DNA of 64,000 bases, taken from contig OZ241326.1 of the NCBI GenBank assembly GCA_965199855.1, positions 1,888,001 through 1,952,000 on the forward strand. The letters run 5' to 3'. Below are positions 63,812-64,000 of this stretch, one piece after another (within the stretch, counting starts at the first letter, position 1; each line of letters opens with the position of its first letter). The DNA comes from a bacterium (lineage in GTDB: Bacteria; UBA8248). Below the pieces are notes generated by a model, which saw nothing but the letters and a program-made list of their open reading frames with translations, was not told the DNA's origin and did no database searches. Made by a program: the position numbers and the translations under genes.

Positions 63812-64000
63812 GGCTCTGCGAACAATCCGCGCGACCCAAGATCCAAGAGGCGGCATTATAGCCAACGCCGATGCGGGAACAAACCGGGCGCCGCCCCGCG
63901 CTCGGGGAAAATTCCCGCGTTTGCGAAGTCCGCGAATATCCCTTAAAAAGCGCCCATGCCGAAAGAGGAATTCCGATACAAAACCGAACTCCGCGTCCGG

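Overview
A high-GC Gram-negative chromosomal window (lipoprotein, SPOR and M23 envelope genes; the gene set resembles Nitrospinota/Tectomicrobia/deltaproteobacteria, not established). It is mostly housekeeping (metK-ahcY-amidase-der, EF-G paralog, bioB, apt, surE-pcm, secA, lgt, mobA-moeA, three tRNAs) with catabolic and transport accessory genes. The standout is a minimal type V CRISPR locus immediately downstream of tRNA-Pro(CGG): a ~640-aa TnpB-derived effector with Cas12m (V-M/V-U1)-like motifs but an apparently intact RuvC D-E-D triad, followed by a 4-repeat/3-spacer array whose 36-nt repeat can form an H-type pseudoknot. No cas1/cas2/cas4 or transposase is present in the window. Other items: a DUF3179 gene split by an in-frame TGA in a UxxC motif (probable selenoprotein), a low-GC GmrSD-like (DUF262+DUF1524) gene, a ~240-bp non-coding element in two inverted diverged copies, a GTAG-type REP cluster, a DtxR regulator with a Cys-rich tail upstream of an Fe3+ ABC operon, and a GldF-GldG fusion. 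Family calls come from motif recognition by eye; no database searches were run.
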